From Dethiobacteria bacterium (GTDB lineage: Bacteria; Bacillota; Dethiobacteria; DTU022; UBA8154), in NCBI GenBank assembly GCA_050942615.1, contig JBMNNQ010000002.1, positions 19,722 to 83,721 of the forward strand: a stretch of 64,000 nucleotides of DNA. Direction: 5' to 3'. The notes under the pieces were generated by a model. That model worked only from the letters and a program-made list of their open reading frames with translations, did not search any database and had not been told where the DNA came from. This document shows, piece after piece, positions 38,562-49,430 of the stretch (positions are counted from its first letter, which is position 1; every line of letters begins with the position of its first letter). The position numbers were made by a program, and so were the translations under genes.

Positions 38562-39926
38562 TTAGATCAGGTGTTCAGAGGTAATTTTACCTTGTCTGGC
38601 CATTCTATAGACAGCATAGGCGGCTCCGGTGGCAACGATAATATAAATTAGTTGAAATTTAAAACAAGCAGCAAAGGCCGGGACAGTATATGCGCCGCCC
38701 TTAGTAATTACATCCAAAATAAAGCCCCACAGTTGCTGACACAAACCCGCCCCAAAAACCCAGATAAAGGTATTGGTGAAACCTAAGGCGGTGCCCAGCC
38801 TGCTTTTGGGAAAAAGTTCACGAATCAGCATAAAGTTGGTTGTAACAGTGAGCATTTGGGCAAAACCCAGGAAGAAATTAGTGATCATTAAGGATGTGAC
38901 AGTCATATTGCCGGCATTAAAGGCCATAAAAGCCCAAAAAACCAAAAACAGCACATTGCTGCCGATCAGGGTGCGGGTCAGGGTATATCTGTTTGTAAAA
39001 AAACCGGATGAGATGCTGCCCAGCATCAATCCGATAGACGCACATAAGAGAACATTACTGATCGTGATTGCAGGTACAGCCGGCATCAGGGTATGCATGT
39101 AGATGCCGATCCACAGGGATTGCAGGGTTTGCCCGCTGGCGCTGCTCCCCAGTGCTATGCAGGCACAAACCCATACGATCGGCGATCTAAGTATTTCTCC
39201 GGCGGAAATATTTTCAACAACAGCAGCTTTGTTTTCAACCTTGAAGGATTTGGTGATACCTGTTTCTAAAATTTTCTCCGGCGACTGCAACCCCATCTTG
39301 TCCGGGGCGTCGCGCAGAAAGAGGGCTACCACAACAGCCATCAAAAGACTGACACCCCCGACAAAATAAATAACCGCGTGGCGCCAACCGCAAAAGTTCA
39401 TCAACAGCTGCATAGGGGTGGTGGCCAACAAACTGCCTAAGTTGCCCAGGCCCATAAAAATGGCATAGACAACAACATATTCCTTTGTAGTAAACCAGTT
39501 CGCACAAGTTTTGGCACCGGCAACCATGAAACCCGATATAGCCAAGGCAACCAGTACACGTCCTAAAATAATACCCATTGAACTGTGGGCCGCGCCAAAA
39601 ACCAGGCAGCCGATCGCAGATAAAATTAATATTACAGACAACCCCATGCGCTGGCCATATTTATCAAGAAAAGTGCCCACCGGCCCCTGCGCAAAGGCAT
39701 AGGTCCAGGTAAAGGCTAAACCAACCGTGCCCCAAAGGGTGGCGCTGATGTTGATATCTGCTTGGATTGCGTTACCCATAACTGACGGCACAATGCGCTG
39801 GAAAGTGGCAAACATATAAACTATACTTACAATAACAAAAAAAACCCAGCGGGCGGTTTTAAACTTTTTAACCATTATTCCTTTTTCACTGTTGCCAATT
39901 GCTAAATTGCGTGCTATTTGATTCAT
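38562..39926 (-). CDS. MFS transporter
   Basis: A 12-TM profile. Start taken at MNQIARN with RBS GGAAGG 11 nt upstream; an ATG 12 nt further upstream is also possible. Confidence 0.8.
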   Translation of the reverse strand: MNQIARNLAIGNSEKGIMVKKFKTARWVFFVIVSIVYMFATFQRIVPSVMGNAIQADINISATLWGTVGLAFTWTYAFAQGPVGTFLDKYGQRMGLSVILILSAIGCLVFGAAHSSMGIILGRVLVALAISGFMVAGAKTCANWFTTKEYVVVYAIFMGLGNLGSLLATTPMQLLMNFCGWRHAVIYFVGGVSLLMAVVVALFLRDAPDKMGLQSPEKILETGITKSFKVENKAAVVENISAGEILRSPIVWVCACIALGSSASGQTLQSLWIGIYMHTLMPAVPAITISNVLLCASIGLMLGSISSGFFTNRYTLTRTLIGSNVLFLVFWAFMAFNAGNMTVTSLMITNFFLGFAQMLTVTTNFMLIRELFPKSRLGTALGFTNTFIWVFGAGLCQQLWGFILDVITKGGAYTVPAFAACFKFQLIYIIVATGAAYAVYRMARQGKITSEHLI

Positions 39927-40161
39927 GTTTAACACCAACCTTCCGGAGATATGTTTTTATGGGTTGCAAACATATTGTAGGTTTCAGGAAAAGTTTAAAA
40001 AACAAAAGAAGTGTCTTTCCCTTAAGGCGCCCGTTCCTAAGTGCCTGTCTTTCCTAGTGCCTGTCCTTATAGTATACGTTACAATGATGGACAATGAAAT
40101 AACAATTTCACCGTTCTGCATGCTATAATATAACAGCAGCAATGGAAACCGGGTGTAGTCA

Positions 40162-41019
40162 ATGAAAATTAGAAAATTAGCGGTTGTTCTGACTCCCATA
40201 GTTTTATTACTGATAGCAGCCGGGCTTCTTATTGGCAGGGTTTTGTTGTCCGGCCCGCGTGTTGAGGTGCTGCTTTATCATGAGCTTGAACCGGGTGGAT
40301 CACAGGAGTGGCCTATTATTGATCCGGAAAATTTTTACTGCCAACTTGAAGCCCTTTTGGCACACGGCTGGGAGCCTATAACCTTAGAGGATTTTGCCTC
40401 CTGGCAGCAAAACCAGTTAAGGCTGCCCAATAAATCGTTCCTACTGACCTTTGATGATGGGGGGGAAAGCATCTATCATTATGCTTATCCTTATTTATTA
40501 GCAAAGCAGATACCGGCTACCATATTTTTGATCGCAAAATACCATGATCCCAGCCATGTGTTAACAGAAGAGGTCTTGCCTCCTAAATTAACGGCGGCAC
40601 AAATTCAGGAAATGTCCCGCGCGGGGATAATTAGCTTTCAAAGCCATGCCTATGATCTACACCGGGAAATTGACGGGGAGCCGGCTATTTTGGCCCTGCC
40701 TCCCGCGGCGGTGCTGGCAGATCTGCAAAAATCCAGACAGGTAATCAGCAGACTGACCGGGGAAGAAGTGCATAGCGTTGCCTACCCCTCTGGTACGGTG
40801 GATCAGAAAGTGATCAAGATGGCCTGGGAAGCAGGTTTTAACACAGGTTTTGCAGGGAACATTCAAGGTGCAGCACATAAAAAAGAAACAATGTCTGTCA
40901 AACGTTTTCCCTTGGACAACATATCTTTGGATGTTTTTAATAATTATTATGAAACCTTTGATCGATACCATAAACCACCTTTTTTATTTTTACGCAAATT
41001 ATATAGGAAGGTAAAATGA
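40162..41019 (+). CDS. Polysaccharide deacetylase (NodB-homology domain) with N-terminal membrane anchor
   Basis: LLTFDDGGESIYHYAYPYL, IPATIFLIAKY, and conserved His motifs. Confidence 0.75.
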   Translation: MKIRKLAVVLTPIVLLLIAAGLLIGRVLLSGPRVEVLLYHELEPGGSQEWPIIDPENFYCQLEALLAHGWEPITLEDFASWQQNQLRLPNKSFLLTFDDGGESIYHYAYPYLLAKQIPATIFLIAKYHDPSHVLTEEVLPPKLTAAQIQEMSRAGIISFQSHAYDLHREIDGEPAILALPPAAVLADLQKSRQVISRLTGEEVHSVAYPSGTVDQKVIKMAWEAGFNTGFAGNIQGAAHKKETMSVKRFPLDNISLDVFNNYYETFDRYHKPPFLFLRKLYRKVK

Positions 41020-41020
41020 A

Positions 41021-41431
41021 TTGACAAGGAAAAATATTGTTACGTTCATAGTATTTATGGCAGTATTACTGGGCGGGTATTATGTTTACAATAATATGTT
41101 TCCTGTTGCAAGGCCCATACAATGTCCTTCAATTGAAGCTATAACAGCTATTAACATTTCAAATGACGACAATAAGGAAAGTAAAATACTTGGTACGGAC
41201 TTTGCAAAAACGGCCATATACATTAGTAATTCAAAGCCCACCAGAACTAGAAGTGTTAACGACACCCCAACAGTAAGGCCTCATTATAAAATTGAAATCT
41301 TGGCCGCAGAAAAAATGTTCAATTATTATGTTTACGAAAAAAATAATAACGTATACATTGAACGCCCGTATGAAGGAATATATATCATAGATAGACAAGT
41401 TGTTAATATTATATCCAGGCGATTCCAATGA
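41021..41431 (+). CDS. Hypothetical membrane-anchored protein
   Basis: TTG start 2 nt after the previous stop. N-terminal TM helix. No family recognised. Confidence 0.4.
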   Translation: MTRKNIVTFIVFMAVLLGGYYVYNNMFPVARPIQCPSIEAITAINISNDDNKESKILGTDFAKTAIYISNSKPTRTRSVNDTPTVRPHYKIEILAAEKMFNYYVYEKNNNVYIERPYEGIYIIDRQVVNIISRRFQ

Positions 41432-41472
41432 TGCAGGAATTTTGCAATAAAAACTTATTAGGGGATGAAGGT

Positions 41473-41946
41473 ATGTCTTTAGAACTAAAAATTCCGGGCA
41501 GGGGTGAGATTAGGCTTAAAAAAATAATTTTTGATTTAAATGGTACCCTGACGGTAGACGGGGAGCTGCACCAAAAAACCCTTTTCCTATTAAAAAAGGT
41601 GGCGGGGGTTTTGGATGTTCACATCCTGACGGCCGACACTTTGGGGGTGGCTGCGCAGATCGGCCGGCAAAACCATATAAATGTACAAGTTGTAGCCGGT
41701 GAAAACACCTCTGCGGCCAAGGTTAATTTTATAGAGCTCGCAGGGCCTGCTGAAACCATGGCAGTAGGTAACGGGACAAACGACGCCGGGATGTTGGCAA
41801 AGGCAGCTATTGGTATTGCGGTTTTAGGCCCGGAAGGTTGCGCAGTAGAAGCCCTTCGCGCTGCAGAACTGGTGGTTAACAATATTAACGATGCCCTCTG
41901 TATGATTTTAAAGCCCCAGCGCCTGATTGCCTCCCTTCGCCGCTAA
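41473..41946 (+). CDS. HAD-superfamily phosphatase resembling the soluble P-type-ATPase catalytic domain
   Basis: DLNGTL (motif I), GNGTNDAGMLAKAAIGIAV (motif III, P-type-ATPase-like). Confidence 0.6.
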   Translation: MSLELKIPGRGEIRLKKIIFDLNGTLTVDGELHQKTLFLLKKVAGVLDVHILTADTLGVAAQIGRQNHINVQVVAGENTSAAKVNFIELAGPAETMAVGNGTNDAGMLAKAAIGIAVLGPEGCAVEALRAAELVVNNINDALCMILKPQRLIASLRR

Positions 41947-42074
41947 AAGTGTATTTCACTATTTGCTGGATAATTCGTTGATTATGTTCCCAAAGTGCTA
42001 TTGTTGGCTTTGTCAGCAATGGGTTATAATTATGTAAAAAGGGGTGATTAGTTTGAAAAATTACCCTGTTATTA

Positions 42075-42287
42075 TTGAACAAGATGGGAAGGGGTATGTT
42101 GTCTCTTGTTTCTGGTTTGAATTGCATCGGGGCTCTTGAAAAGGTTGGGTATGTGGTAGTCAGGCAAAAATTACAAAAATTACCTCCTATAACTGTACCA
42201 AATCATAAGGAACTTCGTCCGAGGTTGCTGCAAAAAATACCCAATGATGTGGATCTTACTGTCGAAAATTTTATTTTATTATTGTAA
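42075..42287 (+). CDS. Degenerate HicA-like toxin ORF (possible pseudogene)
   Basis: ALEKVGYVVVRQK....ITVPNHKELRPRLLQKIPNDVDLTVENF resembles HicA (LLEKDGWxLVRxKGSHHxFKH...TVPHH..DLxxGTLRSILKQAGL) but the His cluster is lost. A HicB-like fragment (YPVIIEQDGKGYVVSC) sits just upstream in another frame. Confidence 0.3.
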   Translation: MNKMGRGMLSLVSGLNCIGALEKVGYVVVRQKLQKLPPITVPNHKELRPRLLQKIPNDVDLTVENFILLL

Positions 42288-42675
42288 AAACACAGTAAAT
42301 TTTGCTGCTTCGATCAAAATAGTTTGGGGACAGGTTCTACTTCAGACTCTATGGAAGAAAATAAAAAAATGGTCAAGAGGAAGACCGTTTTAACCGGTGC
42401 TTCCTTTTTTTGTTTTTATTTACAAAAGGTTAATGAACACAAAAAAGATGTACTTGTATGTTAACCTTTCTGATCACCAGTTAAAGCCCCTCCCTTTTTT
42501 TCTGGTTCTTCGCAGCCTGCTGGGTTTCTTTATCCAAGGAGGAATTACTTTCCATAAAACTGTGTTTTGCAAAGTTTATACTTTGTTTAGATTTTGTTTA
42601 CAGAAAAGTAATAGCTACCCGCGCTATGCAGATAAAAACCAGTACATCGTAAAGTCCAGCGAAGAGGATAATTAT

Positions 42676-43572
42676 ATGGTTACTACCTATACAGAGCAAA
42701 AAAATGAGCCTTTATTCAATAAAGAGAACAACCCTTTTCATGAGGAAAGGGTTAAAGACATAGAGCGGATTTTAGATGCCCTGGCAGGCAATTTAAGAGA
42801 ACAGGTCATCGTGACGGAAAATCCCGATAGCGGCAAGACACTTTCCGGCAAACTATCCGAAGGCCAGATCCCCGCTCTAATTAACGCCCTAGCCTCTTTT
42901 ATGATAAAACAGGAATTTAGCAGCGGCAGGGGCGGGTTGGTTAATTTAGCCAACGACATTTACATTCAAGAGGTGCAGGGAACGGCAAAGGTCAATGCAG
43001 ATGGAAGCCTGGAAAATATTCTCGGGGCAGCTACTGTTTCCGGCCTGGATGAAGCGGGCCGGGCCCAGGAAATAAGCTTAGAGGTTTTCTTTCAACTAAG
43101 TGATGTTAACTCTACCAGGGTAACCAAACCGGATCTTACGGGGGAAAAGGTCATCAACCGGGAAGAAAGGGATTTTAACAAGCTCTATCAGCCTACAGCG
43201 GAAAAATTTGTAGGCAAATTCAAAAATGATATCCTGATGGAAAAGGACGGCAGGTTTGTAAAAATTGGCGAAAGGCGGCTGGAAATTACCCTGCTGGATG
43301 AAAAGGAAGCTAAGGGTCATTACCGCGAAGAGCTTTGGGAGGGGTATGAAAAATACGCCAATTCTTTTCAGTCCTATATTTTTGAGGCCAAATTCAGCGA
43401 TGAGGGGGACGTCAACAACGCCACCCTGGAGGGAACAACGGAAGAGGGCGCTGAGGTCAAGGGAACTATCTACTTCAATGGTTATGATGCCTTCATTTAT
43501 TTAAATTTAAGCCAAAACCAACGAAACAGCAGTGTAATACATGACTCCACCTTCCGTCCAGACTTTGACTGA
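42676..43572 (+). CDS. Hypothetical protein (298 aa)
   Basis: RBS GAAGAGGA precedes ATG 42676. The upstream ATG 42397 extension is AT-rich and unlikely to be coding. Confidence 0.5.
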   Translation: MVTTYTEQKNEPLFNKENNPFHEERVKDIERILDALAGNLREQVIVTENPDSGKTLSGKLSEGQIPALINALASFMIKQEFSSGRGGLVNLANDIYIQEVQGTAKVNADGSLENILGAATVSGLDEAGRAQEISLEVFFQLSDVNSTRVTKPDLTGEKVINREERDFNKLYQPTAEKFVGKFKNDILMEKDGRFVKIGERRLEITLLDEKEAKGHYREELWEGYEKYANSFQSYIFEAKFSDEGDVNNATLEGTTEEGAEVKGTIYFNGYDAFIYLNLSQNQRNSSVIHDSTFRPDFD

Positions 43573-43619
43573 GGTAAACTTGGCAAACCCTTTAGCTCAC
43601 GACTTGGAGGCATAAATAC

Positions 43620-44108
43620 GTGGAAAAAATTATTGAAACCGAAGAACTGACCAAAATATATCCTAACGGGCGGGGCATAGAAGACGTTAGTCTGGAAGTC
43701 TGCCAGGGCGAAATTTTTGGGTTTTTGGGCCCTAACGGGGCGGGGAAAACTACGGCCATGAAAATAATGACCGGGCTGATCAAGCCTGACCGCGGTGCAG
43801 TCAGGCTGTTTGGCTATGATATAATTGAGGAGTATGAGGCGGCGATGACCGGTGTGGGCGCCTTAATCGAGGTAGCCGAGTCCTATCCCTACCTTAGCGC
43901 TTATGACAACTTGAAACAGTTTGCCAGATATTATCCCCGGGTGGATAAACACAGAATTGAGGAGGTTCTGGAGATTACCGGCATGGCCCGGTATAAGCAT
44001 GAAAAACCCAAAAAATTTTCCCTGGGGATGAAACAAAGGCTGGGTTTGGCCGCAGCAATTCGGCATGCAGTGGGGACGGTTCCCGTTGCATTGTCCGATC
44101 AAAAATGA
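43620..44108 (+). pseudogene. 3'-truncated ABC transporter ATP-binding gene
   Basis: Walker [10 protein letters not shown] and signature FSLGMKQRLGLAAAI are present. Immediately afterwards the sequence runs into a hairpin repeat (44068-44093) and stops. Walker B, D-loop and H-loop are missing. Confidence 0.65.
44068..44093. repeat. Hairpin repeat copy 1 (CAGUGGGG-ACGGUU-CCCGUUGCAUUG)
   Basis: One of three copies of a roughly 26-nt hairpin motif. This copy sits exactly at the truncation point of the ABC ATPase gene. Confidence 0.5.
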
Positions 44109-44476
44109 CATACTGGTTCTAAAAGCCTTTTGCATGGAATTACTAAATAAATGATTACATGGATGTAGAATAAAGGTAAAACTATGCTTTTATAGGAATG
44201 TTCCATTGCACAGATATTCACCATAGCCTGTATCTTCCCTGGAACAAGCGAAGCATTATGCAAAGAATTACGAAGGATAAATAGAAGTTATTTGTGACAG
44301 TGGTATGCCAGATACGGAAAGAAACGGTGGGAACCATATATGGTTCCCACCGTCCTATATATCGAGCCTTTGATGCTAATAATAAAGTTTCAATAAAAAA
44401 TGATTCATCCATTGGCATCATAGGCGGCGCTGACGGTCCGACAGCGATATATGTTTCAGGTAATCCATTAAAAACT

Positions 44477-44566
44477 ATGATGGTTCCGGCAATTCTACTG
44501 GCCGTTATACTTTTTGCTGTTGGTTTTGCAGTGGGCTATATTGTTAAAGGCAAACGGCAGAAATAG
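44477..44566 (+). CDS. Candidate 29-aa hydrophobic micropeptide ORF upstream of mgtA
   Basis: MMVPAILLAVILFAVGFAVGYIVKGKRQK is a single TM helix plus a basic tail. There is no convincing RBS. It is also the 3' end of a longer 90-aa ORF (44294-44566). Confidence 0.25.
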   Translation: MMVPAILLAVILFAVGFAVGYIVKGKRQK

Positions 44567-44706
44567 ATGCTGGGAAATTTAAGAAAACGTGTTTAAAGGC
44601 ATCAAACAAGCAGGGGTGATGCCCTCATTGCCCCGCATACTGGTACGCACTAGCAGATTAAGGTGACATAACAGTCTAAAGATTTGAAGAAAGGGGATTT
44701 AATAAA

Positions 44707-45099
44707 ATGGGGAAAGTGGGGAAAATTATTGCTATATGTTTAGCCTTAATTATTGTGTTAGGTATTGCGTCATTTATTTCATATAGTAAATTTAATGTGT
44801 GGAACCCTTTTTCAACAATTAATGGGTTAATTCAGGTACCAAGCAGCACAAGAAAAACTATGTATTCTAAAAAATACGGGGCTATCCTGTATTTTGGCTG
44901 TCTAGGGAGTGGGGTACAGCATATTTGTCCCACTTTTTGGTGTACACAATGCCTGGTATCATTTTGTTATTCCAAGAATTACATATCTAAAGATATGGTA
45001 TGGTATAATACCCCAAATAGGGCACACAATCTGAATAATGGTGGATTGTTTTTGTTGCCCATTTCGGCCAAACCACGATACTGTAACCTGCTGTATTGA
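44707..45099 (+). CDS. Hypothetical Cys-rich signal-anchored protein
   Basis: RBS AAAGGGGA upstream. N-terminal TM helix. Cys-rich C-terminal half. Its stop overlaps the mgtA region. Confidence 0.4.
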   Translation: MGKVGKIIAICLALIIVLGIASFISYSKFNVWNPFSTINGLIQVPSSTRKTMYSKKYGAILYFGCLGSGVQHICPTFWCTQCLVSFCYSKNYISKDMVWYNTPNRAHNLNNGGLFLLPISAKPRYCNLLY

Positions 45100-45113
45100 A
45101 GGGGGTTATCTTG

Positions 45114-47837
45114 ATGGGTAAAAATGGGGACAGGTTAACCACCCCCCGGGTTGCGCAAGCCAAAGGTGTTGAATTAACGGGAAGTGGATTTTACGAAGCA
45201 TCCATGAAAGAAACTAGTGCAGTGTTGCAAGAATTAAACACTTCCCTTAAAGGACTTACCAAGAATACCGTGGATGAAATGCGTGGCCTCTATGGTGACA
45301 ACATGGTTACATATGGCAAAAAGAAGTCCTTGTTGCAAGAAATTTACGAGGCCTTTGTCAATCCATTTACAGCAATTCTTTTTGGTCTCGCAATTGTATC
45401 CTTTATAACAGATGTGCTTTTGGCTGAACCCGGTGACAAGGACCTGACAACCGTGATCATTATTACAACGATGATAATGATTGCTGGGGCCCTCCGTTTT
45501 ATACAGGAAACCCGCGGCGGAAATGCGGCAGAACGTTTGAGCCAAATGATTAAAACCACCACTGCTGTAGAGCGGCAGGGAATTGGTAGAAAAGAAATCC
45601 TTCTTGAGGATGTTGTGGTCGGTGACATTGTTTATTTGGCGGCCGGAGATATTGTGCCCGCCGATGTGCGCATCCTAAAGTCTAAAGATCTGTTTGTAAA
45701 CCAGTCCCCCCTAACAGGTGAAAGTGAACCGGTTGAAAAGTCTCCCAGCATAGTAAAACAAGGGGAATATGACACCGCAACTGAATATCACAACCTTGCC
45801 TTTATGGGGAGTACTGTGGTTATCGGTTCGGCAACCTGTGTGGTCATTGCCACAGGCGATAACACATTCTTTGGGACTATCGCAAAAGGATTGACAGCCA
45901 AGCCGGTTCAAACAAGCTTTGAAAAAGGCGTGAACTCCGTTTCCTGGGTCCTAATCAGCTTTATGTTGGTGATGGTCCCGGTGGTGCTGTTTATCAATGG
46001 CTTCACAAAGGGCAATTGGCTGGAAGCCCTTCTGTTTGCCGTTTCCGTGGCGGTAGGCTTAACGCCGGAAATGCTCCCCACGATTGTTACCACCGCCTTG
46101 GCTAAAGGTGCTGTGGCAATGTCGCGGAAAAAGACAATTATTAAAAGTCTTAATGCAATACAAAACCTTGGTTCCATGAATGTGCTGTGCACCGATAAAA
46201 CAGGAACTCTAACGCTGGACAAGGTTGTACTATTGTATCATTTGGATGTACATGGCAATGAGGATGTACGGGTGCTCCGCCACGCTTTTCTAAACAGCTA
46301 TTATCAGACTGGATTGAAAAATTTGATGGACGTATCGATCATTGAACACACCACAAGAGAAAGTGCTAATGAAAACACTTTGCAGGGTTTGTCAACCAAT
46401 TATGACAAAGTAGATGAAGTCCCCTTTGATTTCCAGCGCCGGCGTATGAGCGTAGTGGTTGAGGATAAAAAGGGCAAGACCCAGATGGTTACCAAAGGTG
46501 CTGTGGAGGAAATGCTCTCCATCAGTAATTATGTGGAATACAAAGGCAAGGTTGAACCAATGACCGATGCAATCAAGCAGGATATTTTGGTGACGGTTGA
46601 CAACCTAAATGACCAGGGGATGCGCGTCATTGCCGTGGCACAAAAAACCAATCCCTCACCTGTGGGGGTATTCTCAGTTAAGGACGAGGCGGATATGGTG
46701 TTGATGGGATACCTTGCTTTCCTTGACCCGCCAAAGGAAACAACTGCCCCGGCGATTGCGGCGTTGCAGGACCACGGCGTGGCCGTAAAAATACTAACTG
46801 GAGATAATGACCGTGTCACGCGTAGCATCTGCAAACAGGTTGGTCTGAAAGTCGACAATCTGCTGCTTGGGCCAGATATTGAACGCATGTCAAAGGATGA
46901 GCTAAGGTCAGCTATTGAGATCACCAACGTTTTCGCAAAACTTTCACCGCAGCAGAAAGCAACAATAGTATCGATGTTGAGGGAAAACGGCCATGTGGTT
47001 GGGTATTTGGGGGATGGCATCAATGACGCTGCCGCTATGGAGGCGTCCGACGTGGGCGTTTCTGTAGACACCGCTGTTGACATTGCCAAAGAATCCGCGC
47101 AGGTTATCCTACTGGAAAAGGATCTCATGGTTTTGGAAAACGGTGTCATTGAAGGCAGGAAAACCTACGCCAACATGATCAAGTATATTAAAATGACAGC
47201 CAGTTCAAACTTTGGTAATGTGTTTTCTGTGCTTGTCGCCAGTGCATTCTTACCTTTCCTACCTATGGCGGCAATTCATCTGGTTCTCCTTAATCTCATT
47301 TATGACATTTCTAGCACGGCAATTCCATGGGATAATGTTGACAAGGAATTTCTGAAGGAACCGCAAAAATGGGATCCTTCATCAATAAGCAAATTTATGA
47401 TTTGGATTGGCCCCACAAGCTCGGTATTTGACATTACTACTTATGGACTCATGTATTTTATCATTTGCCCGTTAATGACGGGGGGACTGCTTTTCCATGA
47501 AATAAACAACCCCTTGATGCAGACCTACTATATTGCATTGTTTCAGGCCGGGTGGTTTGTGGAGTCAATGTGGAGTCAGACCTTGGTTATTCATATGCTC
47601 CGCACCCCAAAAATTCCGTTCATACAAAGCAGGGCCTCCATTTCGGTTGTCGTTCTGACGTTCACTGGTATTGCTGTTTTGACTGCAATCCCCTATACAT
47701 CCTTGGGTGCCTCAATTGGTCTTGCGGCTTTGCCGGCGGTTTACTTTGCCTGGCTGGCTTTGACCATTATCGGTTACATGGCCCTTGTAACTGTCTTCAA
47801 AAGCATCTATATCAACAGGTATGGTAAGCTGTTGTAA
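45114..47837 (+). CDS. mgtA: Mg2+-importing P-type ATPase
   Basis: P-type motifs [25 protein letters not shown]. Overall length and TM architecture fit MgtA/MgtB. RBS GAAGGGGG lies 8 nt upstream of ATG 45114. Confidence 0.85.
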   Translation: MGKNGDRLTTPRVAQAKGVELTGSGFYEASMKETSAVLQELNTSLKGLTKNTVDEMRGLYGDNMVTYGKKKSLLQEIYEAFVNPFTAILFGLAIVSFITDVLLAEPGDKDLTTVIIITTMIMIAGALRFIQETRGGNAAERLSQMIKTTTAVERQGIGRKEILLEDVVVGDIVYLAAGDIVPADVRILKSKDLFVNQSPLTGESEPVEKSPSIVKQGEYDTATEYHNLAFMGSTVVIGSATCVVIATGDNTFFGTIAKGLTAKPVQTSFEKGVNSVSWVLISFMLVMVPVVLFINGFTKGNWLEALLFAVSVAVGLTPEMLPTIVTTALAKGAVAMSRKKTIIKSLNAIQNLGSMNVLCTDKTGTLTLDKVVLLYHLDVHGNEDVRVLRHAFLNSYYQTGLKNLMDVSIIEHTTRESANENTLQGLSTNYDKVDEVPFDFQRRRMSVVVEDKKGKTQMVTKGAVEEMLSISNYVEYKGKVEPMTDAIKQDILVTVDNLNDQGMRVIAVAQKTNPSPVGVFSVKDEADMVLMGYLAFLDPPKETTAPAIAALQDHGVAVKILTGDNDRVTRSICKQVGLKVDNLLLGPDIERMSKDELRSAIEITNVFAKLSPQQKATIVSMLRENGHVVGYLGDGINDAAAMEASDVGVSVDTAVDIAKESAQVILLEKDLMVLENGVIEGRKTYANMIKYIKMTASSNFGNVFSVLVASAFLPFLPMAAIHLVLLNLIYDISSTAIPWDNVDKEFLKEPQKWDPSSISKFMIWIGPTSSVFDITTYGLMYFIICPLMTGGLLFHEINNPLMQTYYIALFQAGWFVESMWSQTLVIHMLRTPKIPFIQSRASISVVVLTFTGIAVLTAIPYTSLGASIGLAALPAVYFAWLALTIIGYMALVTVFKSIYINRYGKLL

Positions 47838-47972
47838 ATGGAAAGCATAGTGCACGATTTCCAAATAATGTGTTATAATTCAATTTAGGGTTTCCCATTA
47901 AAAAGAGCGCAGTCAGGGCTATAAATTTACGTTTAAAACGATCACTGCCTGTGATCTGGGGGAGGGAAAAAT

Positions 47973-48533
47973 GTGCAAAACAATACTGGTTTGCTGGATA
48001 AAAAAAGGCTGTTGCAGATATTTGGTTATCTCAACGAAAGATTGAAGGAAAATCAGCTGCAGTTGGAAATAACGATCTATGGCGGCACTATTATGACCTT
48101 GGTCTATGATCACAGGCCCGCAACCAAAGATATAGACTGTGTTTTTTCTGAAATAAATTACAAATTATTAAACAATATATTAGATCTTACTAAGTATGCC
48201 TTTAATCTTCCTGATGGGTGGATAAATGAAGAAATTAAAGAACCGTTGAAATCTATTATAAAAGAAGATAAAGAAACCTATAAAACATATTCTAATTTAA
48301 AACTATTAAAACCCAGAGGTGAACAGCTACTGGCCATGAAAATATTATCTGCCAGGTCAGAACCAGCCAAAGATTTTGTCGACGCCTATATATTGTGCAA
48401 AGATTTGAATATCACAACCAAGGAGGAGTTGCTTGCGGTATGTTCAAAATATATACCGTTAACCCTGGTTGGGGAGAGGCAGGTTGTTTTTATTAAGTAT
48501 TTAGGAGAGGATTTAGGTTATGATTGGCAATAA
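47973..48533 (+). CDS. Minimal nucleotidyltransferase-fold protein (AbiEii-like GGT...DID motif)
   Basis: LEITIYGGTIMTLVYDHRPATKDIDCVF fits the hG[GS]x9-13Dh[DE]h NTase signature. Confidence 0.4.
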   Translation: MQNNTGLLDKKRLLQIFGYLNERLKENQLQLEITIYGGTIMTLVYDHRPATKDIDCVFSEINYKLLNNILDLTKYAFNLPDGWINEEIKEPLKSIIKEDKETYKTYSNLKLLKPRGEQLLAMKILSARSEPAKDFVDAYILCKDLNITTKEELLAVCSKYIPLTLVGERQVVFIKYLGEDLGYDWQ

Positions 48534-48897
48534 GTACCTACAGGAATTATTCGAATGCCCCGATGAAGATAGCGCCTTAAACCAATTGTTGGAAATATTA
48601 AAATCAAAGGATGCCAAATTAATGGACAGTCTTGACAGGCCTGTGGATCTAAACTTATGCAACAATGAAGAAATAATATTTCTGACTAAGGTGGCAGCTT
48701 TAGTAGATTATTACCTGCAACTGCATGGTATCAAGGTCCCAGCATGGATTAGGGATGAAAAACTGGAATTTGATCGGCCGTATTACCATTCTCAAAGACT
48801 GAGTGATTTTGAGAAATTTAGGTTACAATATACCAACCCTTCCCCATTTAAGACACGAAATGTTTATTTTGATCTGAAAAGTATTGAAAGGATATAA
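48520..48897 (+). CDS. Hypothetical protein, overlapping partner of the NTase-like gene
   Basis: A 125-aa ORF that overlaps the preceding gene by 14 nt. No family recognised. Confidence 0.4.
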   Translation: MIGNKYLQELFECPDEDSALNQLLEILKSKDAKLMDSLDRPVDLNLCNNEEIIFLTKVAALVDYYLQLHGIKVPAWIRDEKLEFDRPYYHSQRLSDFEKFRLQYTNPSPFKTRNVYFDLKSIERI

Positions 48898-49430
48898 ACC
48901 AGGCAAACCTTCTTTAAGGGAGTTACAGTTTAATTGACAATTTTAGGTATAATGGCAACGCTTCTAGCTGGAATATTAATACTTATTGCCGGAGCAAAAA
49001 CAAAAAGGAAATGGCTAATGGTTTTATCTGCCATCCCGCTAATAGCTGCTTTAAGCCAAATCGGAATATTGTTTATAATGTTTTTAGAAATGGTCTTGTA
49101 ATTTGAGGTCAGAGGGGCTGCCCTCAATAAGGAAAATGCGTTAAAGATTTCAAAAAGCTATAACTTTTGTGGTGGTGCTAAAGAAGCAAGCATATTTCTG
49201 GAATTAATTGTTGGTTAAAAAAGGGGAAATATTTTTCTGAAACGATTGGAAGGTCCTGTATTTCCTGCTATGAAGGGGTATTTTAATGTTAAATTACTGT
49301 AAAATTCAGTTTATTAAGGGGATAACTTAGAAAAAACAAGGCGATGGTTATTATTTGGCCGAAATGTCCAAACCCCCTGTAAAATTATACGTCTATAAAG
49401 GTGAAGGTAAAAACAAGGGGGAGCTGTATT

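Noticed and set aside
42397-42675. N-terminal 93 codons of ORF 42397-43572
   Set aside because: AT-rich, Phe/Leu/Lys-dominated low-complexity translation with no RBS. A good RBS precedes the internal ATG 42676.
44100-45113. M-box (ykoK) Mg2+ riboswitch upstream of mgtA
   Set aside because: Expected from Firmicute precedent, but the conserved M-box blocks were not found by eye on either strand. Left as a point to check computationally rather than called.
48935-48961. TTGACA...TATAAT promoter-like hexamers, followed by a 49-codon hydrophobic ORF (48952-49101)
   Set aside because: The spacer between hexamers is only about 8 nt, which is incompatible with sigma-A. The small ORF has no RBS and no conservation evidence, so it is not called as a gene.
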